NCBI GenBank assembly: GCA_018657495.1
Contig: JABHXA010000001.1
Coordinates: forward strand, 122,016-186,015
Source: Fidelibacterota bacterium
GTDB lineage: Bacteria; Fidelibacterota; Marinisomatia; SCGC-AAA003-L08; JACNLC01
Direction of reading: 5' to 3'
Length of the DNA stretch: 64,000 nucleotides
In this document: one piece after another, positions 46,178 through 55,288 of the stretch
Layout: each line of letters opens with the position of its first letter
Position numbering within the stretch: the first letter of the stretch is position 1
Program-made: the position numbers and the translations under genes
The notes under the pieces: generated by a model
Database searches by the model: none
The model's input: only the letters and a program-made list of their open reading frames with translations
What the model was told of the DNA's origin: nothing

Positions 46178-47338
46178 CTACAAATTTTCCTTTTCTTTGT
46201 TATTTACGGCAAGTTGCCCACAGGCAGCATTAATATCTTTGCCCTTACTCCTTCTCACAAGTACACGGTATGTAGTTTGTCTATCGTACAAATATTCTGC
46301 AAACTCTTTAATTTTATCTTCATCGGGTCGATTAAATATCCCACCCATGCTGTTGTATGGAATAAGATTTAGCTTACATTGCACTCCATTTAGCAGTTTA
46401 TGGAGTCGATAAGCATCTTCAATGCTGTCATTTACATTTTTCAGCAAAACATATTCAAACATGACTCGCCTTCTTGGCAGTTCAGAATAGGTCTTTCCAG
46501 CTTTAATTAACTCTTTTATCGGCCATTTGGAATTCAATGGCATAATTTGAGTTCTGGTAATATCATCAGATGCATTCAATGAAATGGCAAGTTTATATTT
46601 TCTATTCTCAGTAATGAACTGGTAAATCCGTGGAAGAATGCCCGCTGTTGAGATGGTAATACGGGTAGATGCAAGATCAAACCCTCTTTGATGGTGGAAA
46701 ATATCGGCGGCATCCATCACCCGTTTATAATTCAGAAATGGTTCACCCATTCCCATAAAAACTATGTTGGTAACCGGTAATGTTGTCTTTCTCATTACCC
46801 ACAATAATTGATCAACAATTTCACCAGTTAGAAGATTTCTGGAGAATCCCATTTTACCTGTAGCACAAAAATCACAATCTACATTGCAACCTATCTGTGT
46901 TGACAGACATACAGTATGCCTCTGTTTTTCGATTATACTTACAGATTCAATGAATTTACTTTCGTGGGTTTTGAATAAATATTTCTGTGTCGATTCCTGA
47001 TTAGATTCGGATACACTTTCCAAGGTTAGCGTTTCAAGGCTGGCATTCAGGGTTAAAAAATCCCTGAAGGACTTTTTTATATTTGACATTTCATCTATAT
47101 TGGTTATGCCATGACGATAAAGCCATTCAAATAGCTGCCCACCTCGATATGCAGATTCACCCTTATCAATACACCATTCCTGTAATTCAGTAAATGTCAT
47201 CCCTTTTATAATGGTGTGATCAGATGAAATATTTTTTTTTAGTGGTGCAATCTTGCCCTGTTCAATCGATATACTGTTCATCATGCGAATATTACATGAA
47301 TTTTTTACGATACAGCAAGAATTTTTCATGGTTAACAA
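46178..47338 (-). CDS. rlmN: 23S rRNA/tRNA (adenine-C2)-methyltransferase RlmN (radical SAM)
   Basis: The motifs are YRGGQLFEWLY, the radical-SAM cluster CNVDCDFCATG, GMGEP and the C-terminal CGQL. The true start may be an internal Met (MMNSIS.., about 47284). Confidence 0.9.
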   Translation of the reverse strand: MLTMKNSCCIVKNSCNIRMMNSISIEQGKIAPLKKNISSDHTIIKGMTFTELQEWCIDKGESAYRGGQLFEWLYRHGITNIDEMSNIKKSFRDFLTLNASLETLTLESVSESNQESTQKYLFKTHESKFIESVSIIEKQRHTVCLSTQIGCNVDCDFCATGKMGFSRNLLTGEIVDQLLWVMRKTTLPVTNIVFMGMGEPFLNYKRVMDAADIFHHQRGFDLASTRITISTAGILPRIYQFITENRKYKLAISLNASDDITRTQIMPLNSKWPIKELIKAGKTYSELPRRRVMFEYVLLKNVNDSIEDAYRLHKLLNGVQCKLNLIPYNSMGGIFNRPDEDKIKEFAEYLYDRQTTYRVLVRRSKGKDINAACGQLAVNNKEKENL

Positions 47339-47382
47339 ACTCTTCTTCTCATAGATTTCCTGTCTGAAAATTTAAGGAAAAT

Positions 47383-48366
47383 ATGAATAATCTTCAACTT
47401 GTCGAAAATCTTCACCAGAAAAAAAGTGAAATCTATTCTGAAATTGGTAAGTCAATCATTGGGCAGCATAAAGTCATTGAACATTTATTTGTGGCATTAC
47501 TGTGCCAGGGCCACATCCTTCTCGAAGGAGTTCCCGGTCTGGCAAAAACATTACTGATTAAAACTTTGTCGGATGTTCTTGAACTCAATTTTAGCCGAAT
47601 TCAATTCACACCGGATTTGATGCCATCAGATATTACGGGTACTGAAATTATAGAAGAGGATTCTGATACAGGCAAAAGAGCATTTAAGTTCTTCAAAGGT
47701 CCAATATTCTCAAATATTATTCTCGCTGATGAGATTAATCGAACACCGCCAAAAACTCAATCGGCTTTATTAGAAGCTATGCAGGAACATAAGGTCACTA
47801 CCGGCGGAACGACATACACTCTTGATGAACCATTTTTTGTGCTAGCTACTCAAAATCCTATTGAACAGGAAGGAACATATCCCCTTCCAGAGGCCCAGCT
47901 TGACCGTTTTATGTTTAATCTAAAAATTAGTTATCCTTCATCTGCAGAAGAAATCGATATTGTCAAGAAAGTCACCAGTGTAGAAAAAACCGTTCTTGAA
48001 CATGTTTTGGGTAGGAAAGAATTGTCTGATTTTCAGACACTAATAAAAAATATTCCTGCTGCAGATAATGTTATAGAATATGCCGTGAATATCGTCGGCA
48101 TGACGCGACCAGATGATAATCGTGCACCAAATTTTATTAAAGATTGGCTTGACTGGGGGGCCGGTCCCAGGGCAAGCTCATACCTTGTTCTTGGAGCCAA
48201 ATGTCTCGCAGTACTTGATGGGCGGACTACACCTGATATTTCGGATGTTAAAACTCTGGTTAAACCTGTTTTGCGACATCGCATCATCACTAATTTCAAC
48301 GCCGAGGCAGACAATATTAAAACTGACGACATACTAAAAAAATTAATTGAGCATACAAACGGATAA
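47383..48366 (+). CDS. MoxR-family AAA+ ATPase
   Basis: 327 aa with Walker A GVPGLAKT, Walker B ILADEINR, and ATQNPIEQEGTYPLPEAQLDRF. Confidence 0.92.
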   Translation: MNNLQLVENLHQKKSEIYSEIGKSIIGQHKVIEHLFVALLCQGHILLEGVPGLAKTLLIKTLSDVLELNFSRIQFTPDLMPSDITGTEIIEEDSDTGKRAFKFFKGPIFSNIILADEINRTPPKTQSALLEAMQEHKVTTGGTTYTLDEPFFVLATQNPIEQEGTYPLPEAQLDRFMFNLKISYPSSAEEIDIVKKVTSVEKTVLEHVLGRKELSDFQTLIKNIPAADNVIEYAVNIVGMTRPDDNRAPNFIKDWLDWGAGPRASSYLVLGAKCLAVLDGRTTPDISDVKTLVKPVLRHRIITNFNAEADNIKTDDILKKLIEHTNG

Positions 48367-48410
48367 AGTCGTAAAAAGCTTGAATCAAATTCTTTTTTTG
48401 GTGATCAAAT

Positions 48411-49304
48411 ATGGATAAAGCAAAATACCTGACGCCATCTATTATCTCCAAACTGGATAATCTATCTCTCAAAGCTCGATTGGTAGTTGAGGGATTTATT
48501 GTGGGTCAGCATAAAAGCCCATATCATGGATTTTCAGTGGAATTTTCCCAGCATCGTGCCTATGATCAAGGCGATGAAATTAGACATATTGACTGGAAGC
48601 TTTTTGGTAAAACTGACCGATATTATATCAAACAATATGAAGAGGAGACAAATCTCCGATCGTATCTTCTTATCGATCAGTCCAAATCGATGAATTTCAC
48701 TTCAACTGATATTACAAAACTAGAATACGCCCAAATTTTAGGTGCAGCCTTGGCATATCTCATGCTGAAGCAACAGGATGCGGTGGGATTGAGCCTATTT
48801 GATTCAGAAATCAGAGCCTATATACCGCCTAGATCAAAATCCAGTCATCTAAATATCCTTTTGAATCAGATGAGCAAAATCAATCCTGGACCTGAAACAG
48901 ATATTGCTCCCATCCTTCATCGTACAGCTGAAACGATAAATAAGAGGGGGTTGATAATTTTAATCTCCGATTTATTTGATGACCCTGATGAAATCATATC
49001 TGGAATCAAACATTTTAGACATAAGGGACATGAGGTGGTGATTTTCCATATTTTGGACCCTCAGGAATTAACCCTTGACTTCTCTGAAAGAACTCTTTTC
49101 AGGGATATGGAAACCGGTGAAGAAATCATTACTGAACCCATCCATATAAAAAAAGACTATCAGCGAAATATGGAATCTTTCTGTGATTATTATTCGGACC
49201 AGTGTCGAAAAAATCGAATAGATTATATCAAATTGCTTACAAATCAACCCCTGGATCTTGCCCTCACAGAGTATTTGATAAAAAGAAGACGAATTGGCGG
49301 ATAA
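48411..49304 (+). CDS. DUF58 domain protein (vWA-like partner of MoxR)
   Basis: 297 aa with the motif G.H.S...G.S.EF...R.Y..GD..R.IDWK that is characteristic of DUF58, and the vWA-like LIILISDLFDD. Confidence 0.85.
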   Translation: MDKAKYLTPSIISKLDNLSLKARLVVEGFIVGQHKSPYHGFSVEFSQHRAYDQGDEIRHIDWKLFGKTDRYYIKQYEEETNLRSYLLIDQSKSMNFTSTDITKLEYAQILGAALAYLMLKQQDAVGLSLFDSEIRAYIPPRSKSSHLNILLNQMSKINPGPETDIAPILHRTAETINKRGLIILISDLFDDPDEIISGIKHFRHKGHEVVIFHILDPQELTLDFSERTLFRDMETGEEIITEPIHIKKDYQRNMESFCDYYSDQCRKNRIDYIKLLTNQPLDLALTEYLIKRRRIGG

Positions 49305-49334
49305 AAAAAGGGCTGATGTTTAATCAACCCTTTT
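49303..49334. terminator. bidirectional intrinsic terminator between convergent genes
   Basis: The A7 run (49303..49309) is followed by the hairpin GGGcTGAT-gttta-ATCAaCCC (49310..49330), then TTTT. Read on the minus strand, the hairpin is followed by T7. Confidence 0.7.
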
Positions 49335-49359
49335 AAAAATTATATCCGGATACTTAAAA

Positions 49360-50421
49360 CTAATCCATCATTTTCTCAACAGATGGAATAAATATCTCAT
49401 TCATTTGCCGGATCATCTTCTTCATTTCGGATACTGCTTCACCAGCTCCTGTATCTTCTGTTTCAAGGTTCAAAGTCTGTTGAAAATACTCTTTTGCATC
49501 GATACTGTATTTTTTAGCTGACCTGAACTGCTGGTATATTTCTTTAAGTTTCTCCTGATCCGGGTTTTCCATATCCGAAATTATAAGAAAGTTTTCTCTC
49601 GCAGTATTAAAATCCGCCAATGCAAGTTTTTGATATAATACACCCATATTGTAATAAATATCTGCATCATTAGGATATGACCGTAGCGCTTCAAGTGAGT
49701 AATCGATGGCCTCCTCATATTTTCCCAAATCAATATAGAGAAAGATAAGTTTTCTCATGATGGGTCCTGGATTTTTAGATACTTTTGATGCTTTTAAATA
49801 ATATTTTATAGCATTATCAAAATCTTCCAACTCTAAGGCAATCGTCGCTGCAGCTAAATTCACCTGTTCATCGTCCGGAGCATATTTTAATCCTTCTTTT
49901 ATCACTTCACTGGCTTTTGATCCATTGCCTATTTCAAGATATAATGCCGAAAGTGTACCGTAAGTCATTCCTTTAACGGGCCAAATCAATGCTGCCAGTT
50001 CAAAGTTTTCAATTGCCTTCAGGTTATCTCCGTCATTAAAGTTGGACACCCCAGCATTATAAGTAGTGCCCCATTCTTGTTCACGATAAACCTTGACTGC
50101 ATCACCAACAGTAATGATAGGATCATTACCAATTTTGAATGGCCGTTCCAATTTTTGATCAGGATTCCGCAACATTGTTTCGTCCAGCATCCTGGCAAAA
50201 TCTTTATAATTCTTCTTTTCAAGATAAACATCTACTGCAAGGATGTATGGGATAAGTGCGTTTTCCGGTTCCTTCTCAAGGGCAAGCAAACCATTTTCTT
50301 CTGCTTTTTCCAGATTGTTTTCGTTAACATACATTTTCAGTGATGTAAACTCAGGACTGTTGCATCCTAATATGATCAACAATAATATTCTCGTAATTAT
50401 ATATGTCATTCTAAATTTCAT
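49360..50421 (-). CDS. TPR-repeat lipoprotein
   Basis: 353 aa. The signal peptide ends in the lipobox LIILGC. There are multiple TPR units (e.g. YYNMGVLYQKLALADFNTARENF). Confidence 0.7.
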   Translation of the reverse strand: MKFRMTYIITRILLLIILGCNSPEFTSLKMYVNENNLEKAEENGLLALEKEPENALIPYILAVDVYLEKKNYKDFARMLDETMLRNPDQKLERPFKIGNDPIITVGDAVKVYREQEWGTTYNAGVSNFNDGDNLKAIENFELAALIWPVKGMTYGTLSALYLEIGNGSKASEVIKEGLKYAPDDEQVNLAAATIALELEDFDNAIKYYLKASKVSKNPGPIMRKLIFLYIDLGKYEEAIDYSLEALRSYPNDADIYYNMGVLYQKLALADFNTARENFLIISDMENPDQEKLKEIYQQFRSAKKYSIDAKEYFQQTLNLETEDTGAGEAVSEMKKMIRQMNEIFIPSVEKMMD

Positions 50422-50442
50422 TTTGACTCCTTTGACGTATGA

Positions 50443-51357
50443 TTATACCGGAATTCCGGTATCCATTGATTGTTTTATAAATTTTATTCGTTCGTTAAGA
50501 GTTTCCTGAGTTGCTTCCAGCAGGCCCTCCAAACCAAATCCTGATACGGTAAAAGACGCAATTGCGGCTCCTGATATAACGGCATCTACCAGGCTATCAG
50601 ATCCGTTTCGGCAAATATGCCCAATAAATCCTCCGGCAAAAGTGTCCCCGGCTCCAGTAGGATCAAGAACAGTAACATGGGGATAAACTGGAATAGTAGC
50701 TGATCCGGTGGCATCCACCAATAGCGCTCCCTTTACTCCCATTTTTATCACAATAATTTGAGGACCTATTTTACGCAATGAATCTGCGGCGGATTGAAGA
50801 TCTGTTTGATTTGTTAGCTGCAAGGCCTCCTCATCATTCAACAGAAAAATATCCACTTTTTTCAAAACCTGTTTAAGTTCTTCAGGATTATTGTCAATCC
50901 AAAGGTTCATTGTATCACATATGACTACTTTTGAATCTGACAGCATATCATTAACGGATGCCTGTAGCTCTGGCTGAATATTCCCTAAAAACAAATAAGT
51001 GGATTGATTCTCCGGGCATTGAACAACAGGTGCAAATGATTCAAAAACGCCCAGTTTTGTAAACAATGTCTCCCTGCTGGAATAATCTGAGCTGTATCTG
51101 CCTCCCCACTGAAATGTTTCTCCAGGTTTAAATTGTACATTGGATAGGTCGATGTTTTTGGATTTCAGTAAATCGATAGCACTTTCAGGGAAATCATCAC
51201 CAACAATACCAATAAGGCCAACCGGAGCAAATAAGGCTGCAGCTATTCCAAAGTATGTGGCTGATCCACCCAAAATATTTGATCGGCTTCCTTTTGATGT
51301 TTCAATGGTATCCAGGGCGATGGACCCAACGGCAAGTATGTGATTTTCTCTCGTCAT
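50443..51357 (-). CDS. PfkB-family carbohydrate/nucleoside kinase
   Basis: 304 aa with an N-terminal GG dipeptide region and the C-terminal signature DPTGAGDTFAGGF. Confidence 0.85.
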   Translation of the reverse strand: MTRENHILAVGSIALDTIETSKGSRSNILGGSATYFGIAAALFAPVGLIGIVGDDFPESAIDLLKSKNIDLSNVQFKPGETFQWGGRYSSDYSSRETLFTKLGVFESFAPVVQCPENQSTYLFLGNIQPELQASVNDMLSDSKVVICDTMNLWIDNNPEELKQVLKKVDIFLLNDEEALQLTNQTDLQSAADSLRKIGPQIIVIKMGVKGALLVDATGSATIPVYPHVTVLDPTGAGDTFAGGFIGHICRNGSDSLVDAVISGAAIASFTVSGFGLEGLLEATQETLNERIKFIKQSMDTGIPV

Positions 51358-51434
51358 AATAGCGTCAATTTTACTCAGAATTTCAGATTAAAACCAAGTT
51401 GGTTTCCTCATACATATCTATCTAAAATTCCCTT

Positions 51435-51962
51435 ATGGCATACTTGGAATTTTGTTCAAATTGCGGAGAAAAAAATGAATTCGGAAATTCTGAAGGCCGG
51501 AATAGATTTCATTGTGCCCATTGTGGGGCCATCCATTATGAAAATCCAAAACCTGCCGCAACACTTATTTGTCCAAAAGATGATTATATATTATTAGTGA
51601 AACGGGCCTTTGAACCTGCCAAAGGAGCCTGGAGTCTCCCCGGTGGTTTTATGGAACTCAACGAAACTATTGAAATGACAGCTGAAAGAGAATTACTTGA
51701 AGAGACCGCCCTTAAAGGCAAGGTCAAAAATCGGTTGGGACATTGCTCACATTATAATACAGTGTTTGGAGATGTCTTGCTTATTGGGTTTATCGTTTTC
51801 ATCGAAAGTTTTTCAAATCTTACTCCCGGTGATGATGCTTCAGAAGCAGAATTATTTTATATAGACAATTTGCCGCCTGTAGCTTTTCCCTGTCATCAAA
51901 AATTTCTGGATATGTATCTTCAAAAAATCAATCATAAACCAGGCGGTAAAGACAAACAATGA
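51435..51962 (+). CDS. NUDIX hydrolase with N-terminal zinc ribbon
   Basis: 175 aa with CSNCG...CAHCG (four Cys) followed by the Nudix box GGFMELNETIEMTAERELLEETAL. Confidence 0.8.
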   Translation: MAYLEFCSNCGEKNEFGNSEGRNRFHCAHCGAIHYENPKPAATLICPKDDYILLVKRAFEPAKGAWSLPGGFMELNETIEMTAERELLEETALKGKVKNRLGHCSHYNTVFGDVLLIGFIVFIESFSNLTPGDDASEAELFYIDNLPPVAFPCHQKFLDMYLQKINHKPGGKDKQ

Positions 51963-52369
51963 AACAGCTGCTCATCATCCACGGGCCCAACATGAATTTA
52001 CTCGGTCTTCAATCTGCTCGTGTTGGAACCCGATATACATTGGATAAAATAAATCGGGCTTTGCGAAAATCGGTTAGAGATTCAAACTTCTCCCTGAAAA
52101 TTTACCAAACCCACGATGAGGCAAAGTCTGTTACGTTACTGCATCGTAATCGGAAATCTGCAGCAGGTATACTTATCACACCGGGCCCATGGTTTGAGAA
52201 TGGATATATGCTCAAAGAAACACTGGAATTATTACAAATCCCCTATTTGACAGTATCTTTTATTAAACGGGAAAATACAATTTTTCGCCATGAGGAAATT
52301 GTTGTTGAATCGGACCCGATGAAAGCATATTTGCAGGCTCTTGATTCTTTAATAGCTCAGCTAAAGTAA
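51959..52369 (+). CDS. type II 3-dehydroquinate dehydratase-like protein with divergent active site
   Basis: 136 aa. It has the AroQ N-terminus LLIIHGPNMNLLG and colinear blocks throughout. The usual catalytic strings read QSARVG, YQTHDEA, ITPGPWFENG and TVSFIK instead of R.P..YG, FQSNHEG, NPGA.SHTS and EVHLSN. It overlaps the Nudix gene by 4 nt. Confidence 0.55.
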   Translation: MKQLLIIHGPNMNLLGLQSARVGTRYTLDKINRALRKSVRDSNFSLKIYQTHDEAKSVTLLHRNRKSAAGILITPGPWFENGYMLKETLELLQIPYLTVSFIKRENTIFRHEEIVVESDPMKAYLQALDSLIAQLK

Positions 52370-52599
52370 CCCAGCTCTCAGTTATTACATTATTTTCCCG
52401 TTTTATCCTGGAATGATATTCCCTACCAATACCTATAATATTCTACTTGAAATAATATTCCTGGTCCTGGATTTTTGTTAAAATACTTTTTAGGATTTCT
52501 CAAATTTACGCATCTGAAAAAAGTTTTATGAATCGGTATTCGTTCATATTTAAGCTTCACCACGAATTTTAATTAGCATTTATATTTTGGAGGATTTGC

Positions 52600-54411
52600 A
52601 TGCAATTTTTATTAAAAAAACAAATATTTTTATATACCCTACTGATTACCCTATTATTTTCCCGAGTTTTTGCCGTTGGTGAGGCTGGTGCTGTTTTTCT
52701 TTTAATCTCCCCTTCTCCCATGTTGAATGGTATGGGAGGTGTTGGCGCCGGGTACCCTGTTAATGATATTTTTTCAAGTTATTATAACCCTGCCAATTCT
52801 TTTGCCCCTATAGGTTTAACCTATTATGCCACAAAGAACTCAACTTTATGGTTACCTAATATTTCTGATAATATATATTTGAAGAATAAAATTATTAAGG
52901 TTTCCTATCGTTTAAAAAAATCTCCCTTTTACTACACACTGACGCAATTTAAAACTTTTATGGATCTAGGGAATCAGGCTCTTACTAATGAAAATGGTGA
53001 AATAGTGGGCCTGTCTGACGCAAGTATGAAGTCCACGAGTATCAGTTACGCATTTGGAATGAACTTCCGTAATTTTCCATTGAGAGTTTCGATAGGTCGG
53101 ACAGATAAAAAAGTCAAACAGCACTTGTTCAATTCTTCAAATCAAATGGTAATAATAGGTAATTCAAATGATAAGCTATATGATATTGGAATACTGGTTT
53201 CCTTTCCATATTCGACAACCAAAAAACGTAAGGGAATTTCAACCCAAATAACACCGGCAATCGGTTTCAGTCAATCAAATCGAGGTGGAAATATTCATTT
53301 TGGTGACTCTCAGGATCCGGCACCACGATTTGCCCGATTAGGTATTTCTCTCTCAGTGAATATGGTTCTTGATAATAAGTTAAAGATTCTTAATTATGCT
53401 ATTGCCAGAGAAGCAGGTGATATGCTGGCAGAACGATATTGGGAGTCAGATTCTGTATCCGTAATCCGGTATCAATCCGGCACAGGGGATATTAATTTTA
53501 AAAATCATCTGATCGATTCCAAAACCAGTCATCATGTTTCAATATCTCAGGGTCAGGAATTAGGCTTTATGAATACAATCTTTTTTCGAAAGGGTAAATT
53601 CACTGATATTGATGGTTCTATATATTCACGATATTCAGGATGGGGGTTCAATCTAAAAGGATTTCTGCACCTGGCGTCTCATTTAACCAATCATAAAAAA
53701 TACTCACAATTGAGCAAGTTTATTAATGTTCGCTACAATCAGGTTGTTGAATCGTCTAATGAACCAGAATCACCCAGAGATGGAATTACGTATCAAAATT
53801 TTACTTTCACATTGAAAAATCCAGGAAGATTTTTAGAATTTATTAATCAAAAACAAATTAGCTTTTTTGCAGGACAAATACGTTCAACAATTATTAATAA
53901 TGATGTCTCATCCAGACTAAATAATTCTGGAATTGAGTACGGCATTGAATTACCAAAGTTTATGAATAGAGCCGGGGTAATTACCGGAATTAGATTTGCT
54001 CAAATGGGGTTTAAACTGAATTCTCCTGACGACGTGTATATCTCCGGAGATCTAAAAGTAACGTTGAATTACCTTAGGGTTTATGTTTATAAATCCTATG
54101 AATTCGCCGGTTTTGATTTCCAAACAGGTCCAGATTTTGGATATTTAATCAATGTAAATTTAACATCTAAAAATTGCTTTGGAGAAAATTGTTATTCTTC
54201 TTCATATACAATCTCAGGTGATAAATGGACAGATGAGAATACTGGAAACCGGTATGATATTGGATGGAGTGCCGGTATTCGTCTTTTTCCAAAATCAGAA
54301 TATTCCATGGGTTTAGACTACTATTATGGGTTCAGTAACGTCATTAATACTGCAAGGAGTTTAAACACTAGTTTTAACATAAGATTTTACTGGAACATCA
54401 ACAGAAAATAA
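52600..54411 (+). CDS. outer-membrane beta-barrel protein with PorV-like N-terminal motif
   Basis: 603 aa with a signal peptide. The segment GAVFLLISPSPMLNGMGGVGAGYP...YYNPAN resembles the FLLISPDAR..GMG..G.A...NP motif I recall at the N-terminus of PorV/LptO-type barrels. The rest shows alternating beta-strand patterning. Confidence 0.45.
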   Translation: MQFLLKKQIFLYTLLITLLFSRVFAVGEAGAVFLLISPSPMLNGMGGVGAGYPVNDIFSSYYNPANSFAPIGLTYYATKNSTLWLPNISDNIYLKNKIIKVSYRLKKSPFYYTLTQFKTFMDLGNQALTNENGEIVGLSDASMKSTSISYAFGMNFRNFPLRVSIGRTDKKVKQHLFNSSNQMVIIGNSNDKLYDIGILVSFPYSTTKKRKGISTQITPAIGFSQSNRGGNIHFGDSQDPAPRFARLGISLSVNMVLDNKLKILNYAIAREAGDMLAERYWESDSVSVIRYQSGTGDINFKNHLIDSKTSHHVSISQGQELGFMNTIFFRKGKFTDIDGSIYSRYSGWGFNLKGFLHLASHLTNHKKYSQLSKFINVRYNQVVESSNEPESPRDGITYQNFTFTLKNPGRFLEFINQKQISFFAGQIRSTIINNDVSSRLNNSGIEYGIELPKFMNRAGVITGIRFAQMGFKLNSPDDVYISGDLKVTLNYLRVYVYKSYEFAGFDFQTGPDFGYLINVNLTSKNCFGENCYSSSYTISGDKWTDENTGNRYDIGWSAGIRLFPKSEYSMGLDYYYGFSNVINTARSLNTSFNIRFYWNINRK

Positions 54412-54425
54412 TCAAATACTAAGGA

Positions 54426-54881
54426 TTACAATTCTCCCAGTATATCAATTGCATGAGTTTTTACTTTCACTTTTCCATAAACTTTTTCGATGAGTCCGTT
54501 TTCATCAATAAGATACGTAACCCGATTTATACCCATGTACTCACGACCCATGAATTTTTTTAGACCCCAAATCCCATAAGCTTCCAGCATTTCATGACTT
54601 TCATCACAAAGCATAGGAAATTGAAATTGATATTTTTCAACAAATTTTTTCTGTTTTTTGGGTGGATCTGCAGAGACACCAATGATGGTAGTATTCTTAT
54701 CTCCATAATTCTTGGATTCATCACGGAACCCTTTTCCTTCAGTTATTCAACCAGGTGTATTTGCTTTTGGGAAAAACCATAAAACTAATTTTCTACCTGA
54801 ATAATCTTTGAGAGAAACATCATTCTCATTTGCATCTGGCAAAGTGAAGTCTGGTGCTTTATCTCCGACATTTAATAGCAT
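54426..54881 (-). CDS. Bcp/PrxQ-type peroxiredoxin with an in-frame TGA at the peroxidatic position: candidate selenoprotein (alternative: pseudogene)
   Basis: The ORF track lists only the C-terminal 62 aa (54426..54614). The same frame continues up to ATG 54881..54879. It reads MLLNVGDKAPDFTLPDANENDVSLKDYSGRKLVLWFFPKANTPG[TGA]ITEGKGFRDESKNYGDKNTTIIGVSADPPKKQKKFVEKYQFQFPMLCDES.... The TGA (54747..54749) replaces the Cys of the conserved F.PK..TPGCT.E motif. Confidence 0.6.
54714..54731 (-). promoter_or_regulatory. hairpin downstream of the in-frame UGA (candidate bacterial SECIS element)
   Basis: The minus strand reads GGGUUC-CGUGAU-GAAUCC. The stem is 6 bp including one G.U pair, and the 6-nt loop contains GU. 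It begins 15 nt after the UGA. The stem is short and I could not extend it convincingly. Confidence 0.35.
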
Positions 54882-55030
54882 GAATTCTCCTTAATTTCTT
54901 TGTAATTCTAAAATTTCTGATATTTATTCAGGCATATAATAAAGAGAACATATAAACATTATGAAAAAAAATGTACTCATTGAACAATTGCTATTCTATC
55001 TAAATTAGCTATCAGTTTACCGGTATAAAA

Positions 55031-55276
55031 ATGATAACTATATATTCTTCAAATTGGTGTGCATCATGCGTTTGGGCAAAAAGGCTTCTAGACGATCTGG
55101 GCCTTACTTATCTTGAAATAAATATTCAGAAAAAAAATATGACTCGAAATGATCTGGAATCCATCACTGGCGGAAGAACGGTACCCCAGATCATTATCAA
55201 TGATGTTTGTATTGGCGGATTCGATAAATTATATAGTTTAAATAGATCCGGTGAATTAGAAAAATTACTGAATTAA
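55031..55276 (+). CDS. glutaredoxin (CxxC = CASC)
   Basis: 81 aa with IYSSNWCASCVWAKRLL, TVPQIIIND and IGGFDKLYSL. Divergent from the peroxiredoxin gene across 150 bp. Confidence 0.88.
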   Translation: MITIYSSNWCASCVWAKRLLDDLGLTYLEINIQKKNMTRNDLESITGGRTVPQIIINDVCIGGFDKLYSLNRSGELEKLLN

Positions 55277-55288
55277 TCAGGAGTTGTC

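Noticed and set aside
54747-54749. Possibility that the in-frame TGA reflects an alternative genetic code (UGA = Trp or Gly) rather than Sec or a nonsense mutation
   Set aside because: All other genes in the window are intact under the standard code, and several end at TGA (e.g. trpF at 25385..25387). A reassigned UGA would also put Trp or Gly at a position that must be a redox-active Cys or Sec.
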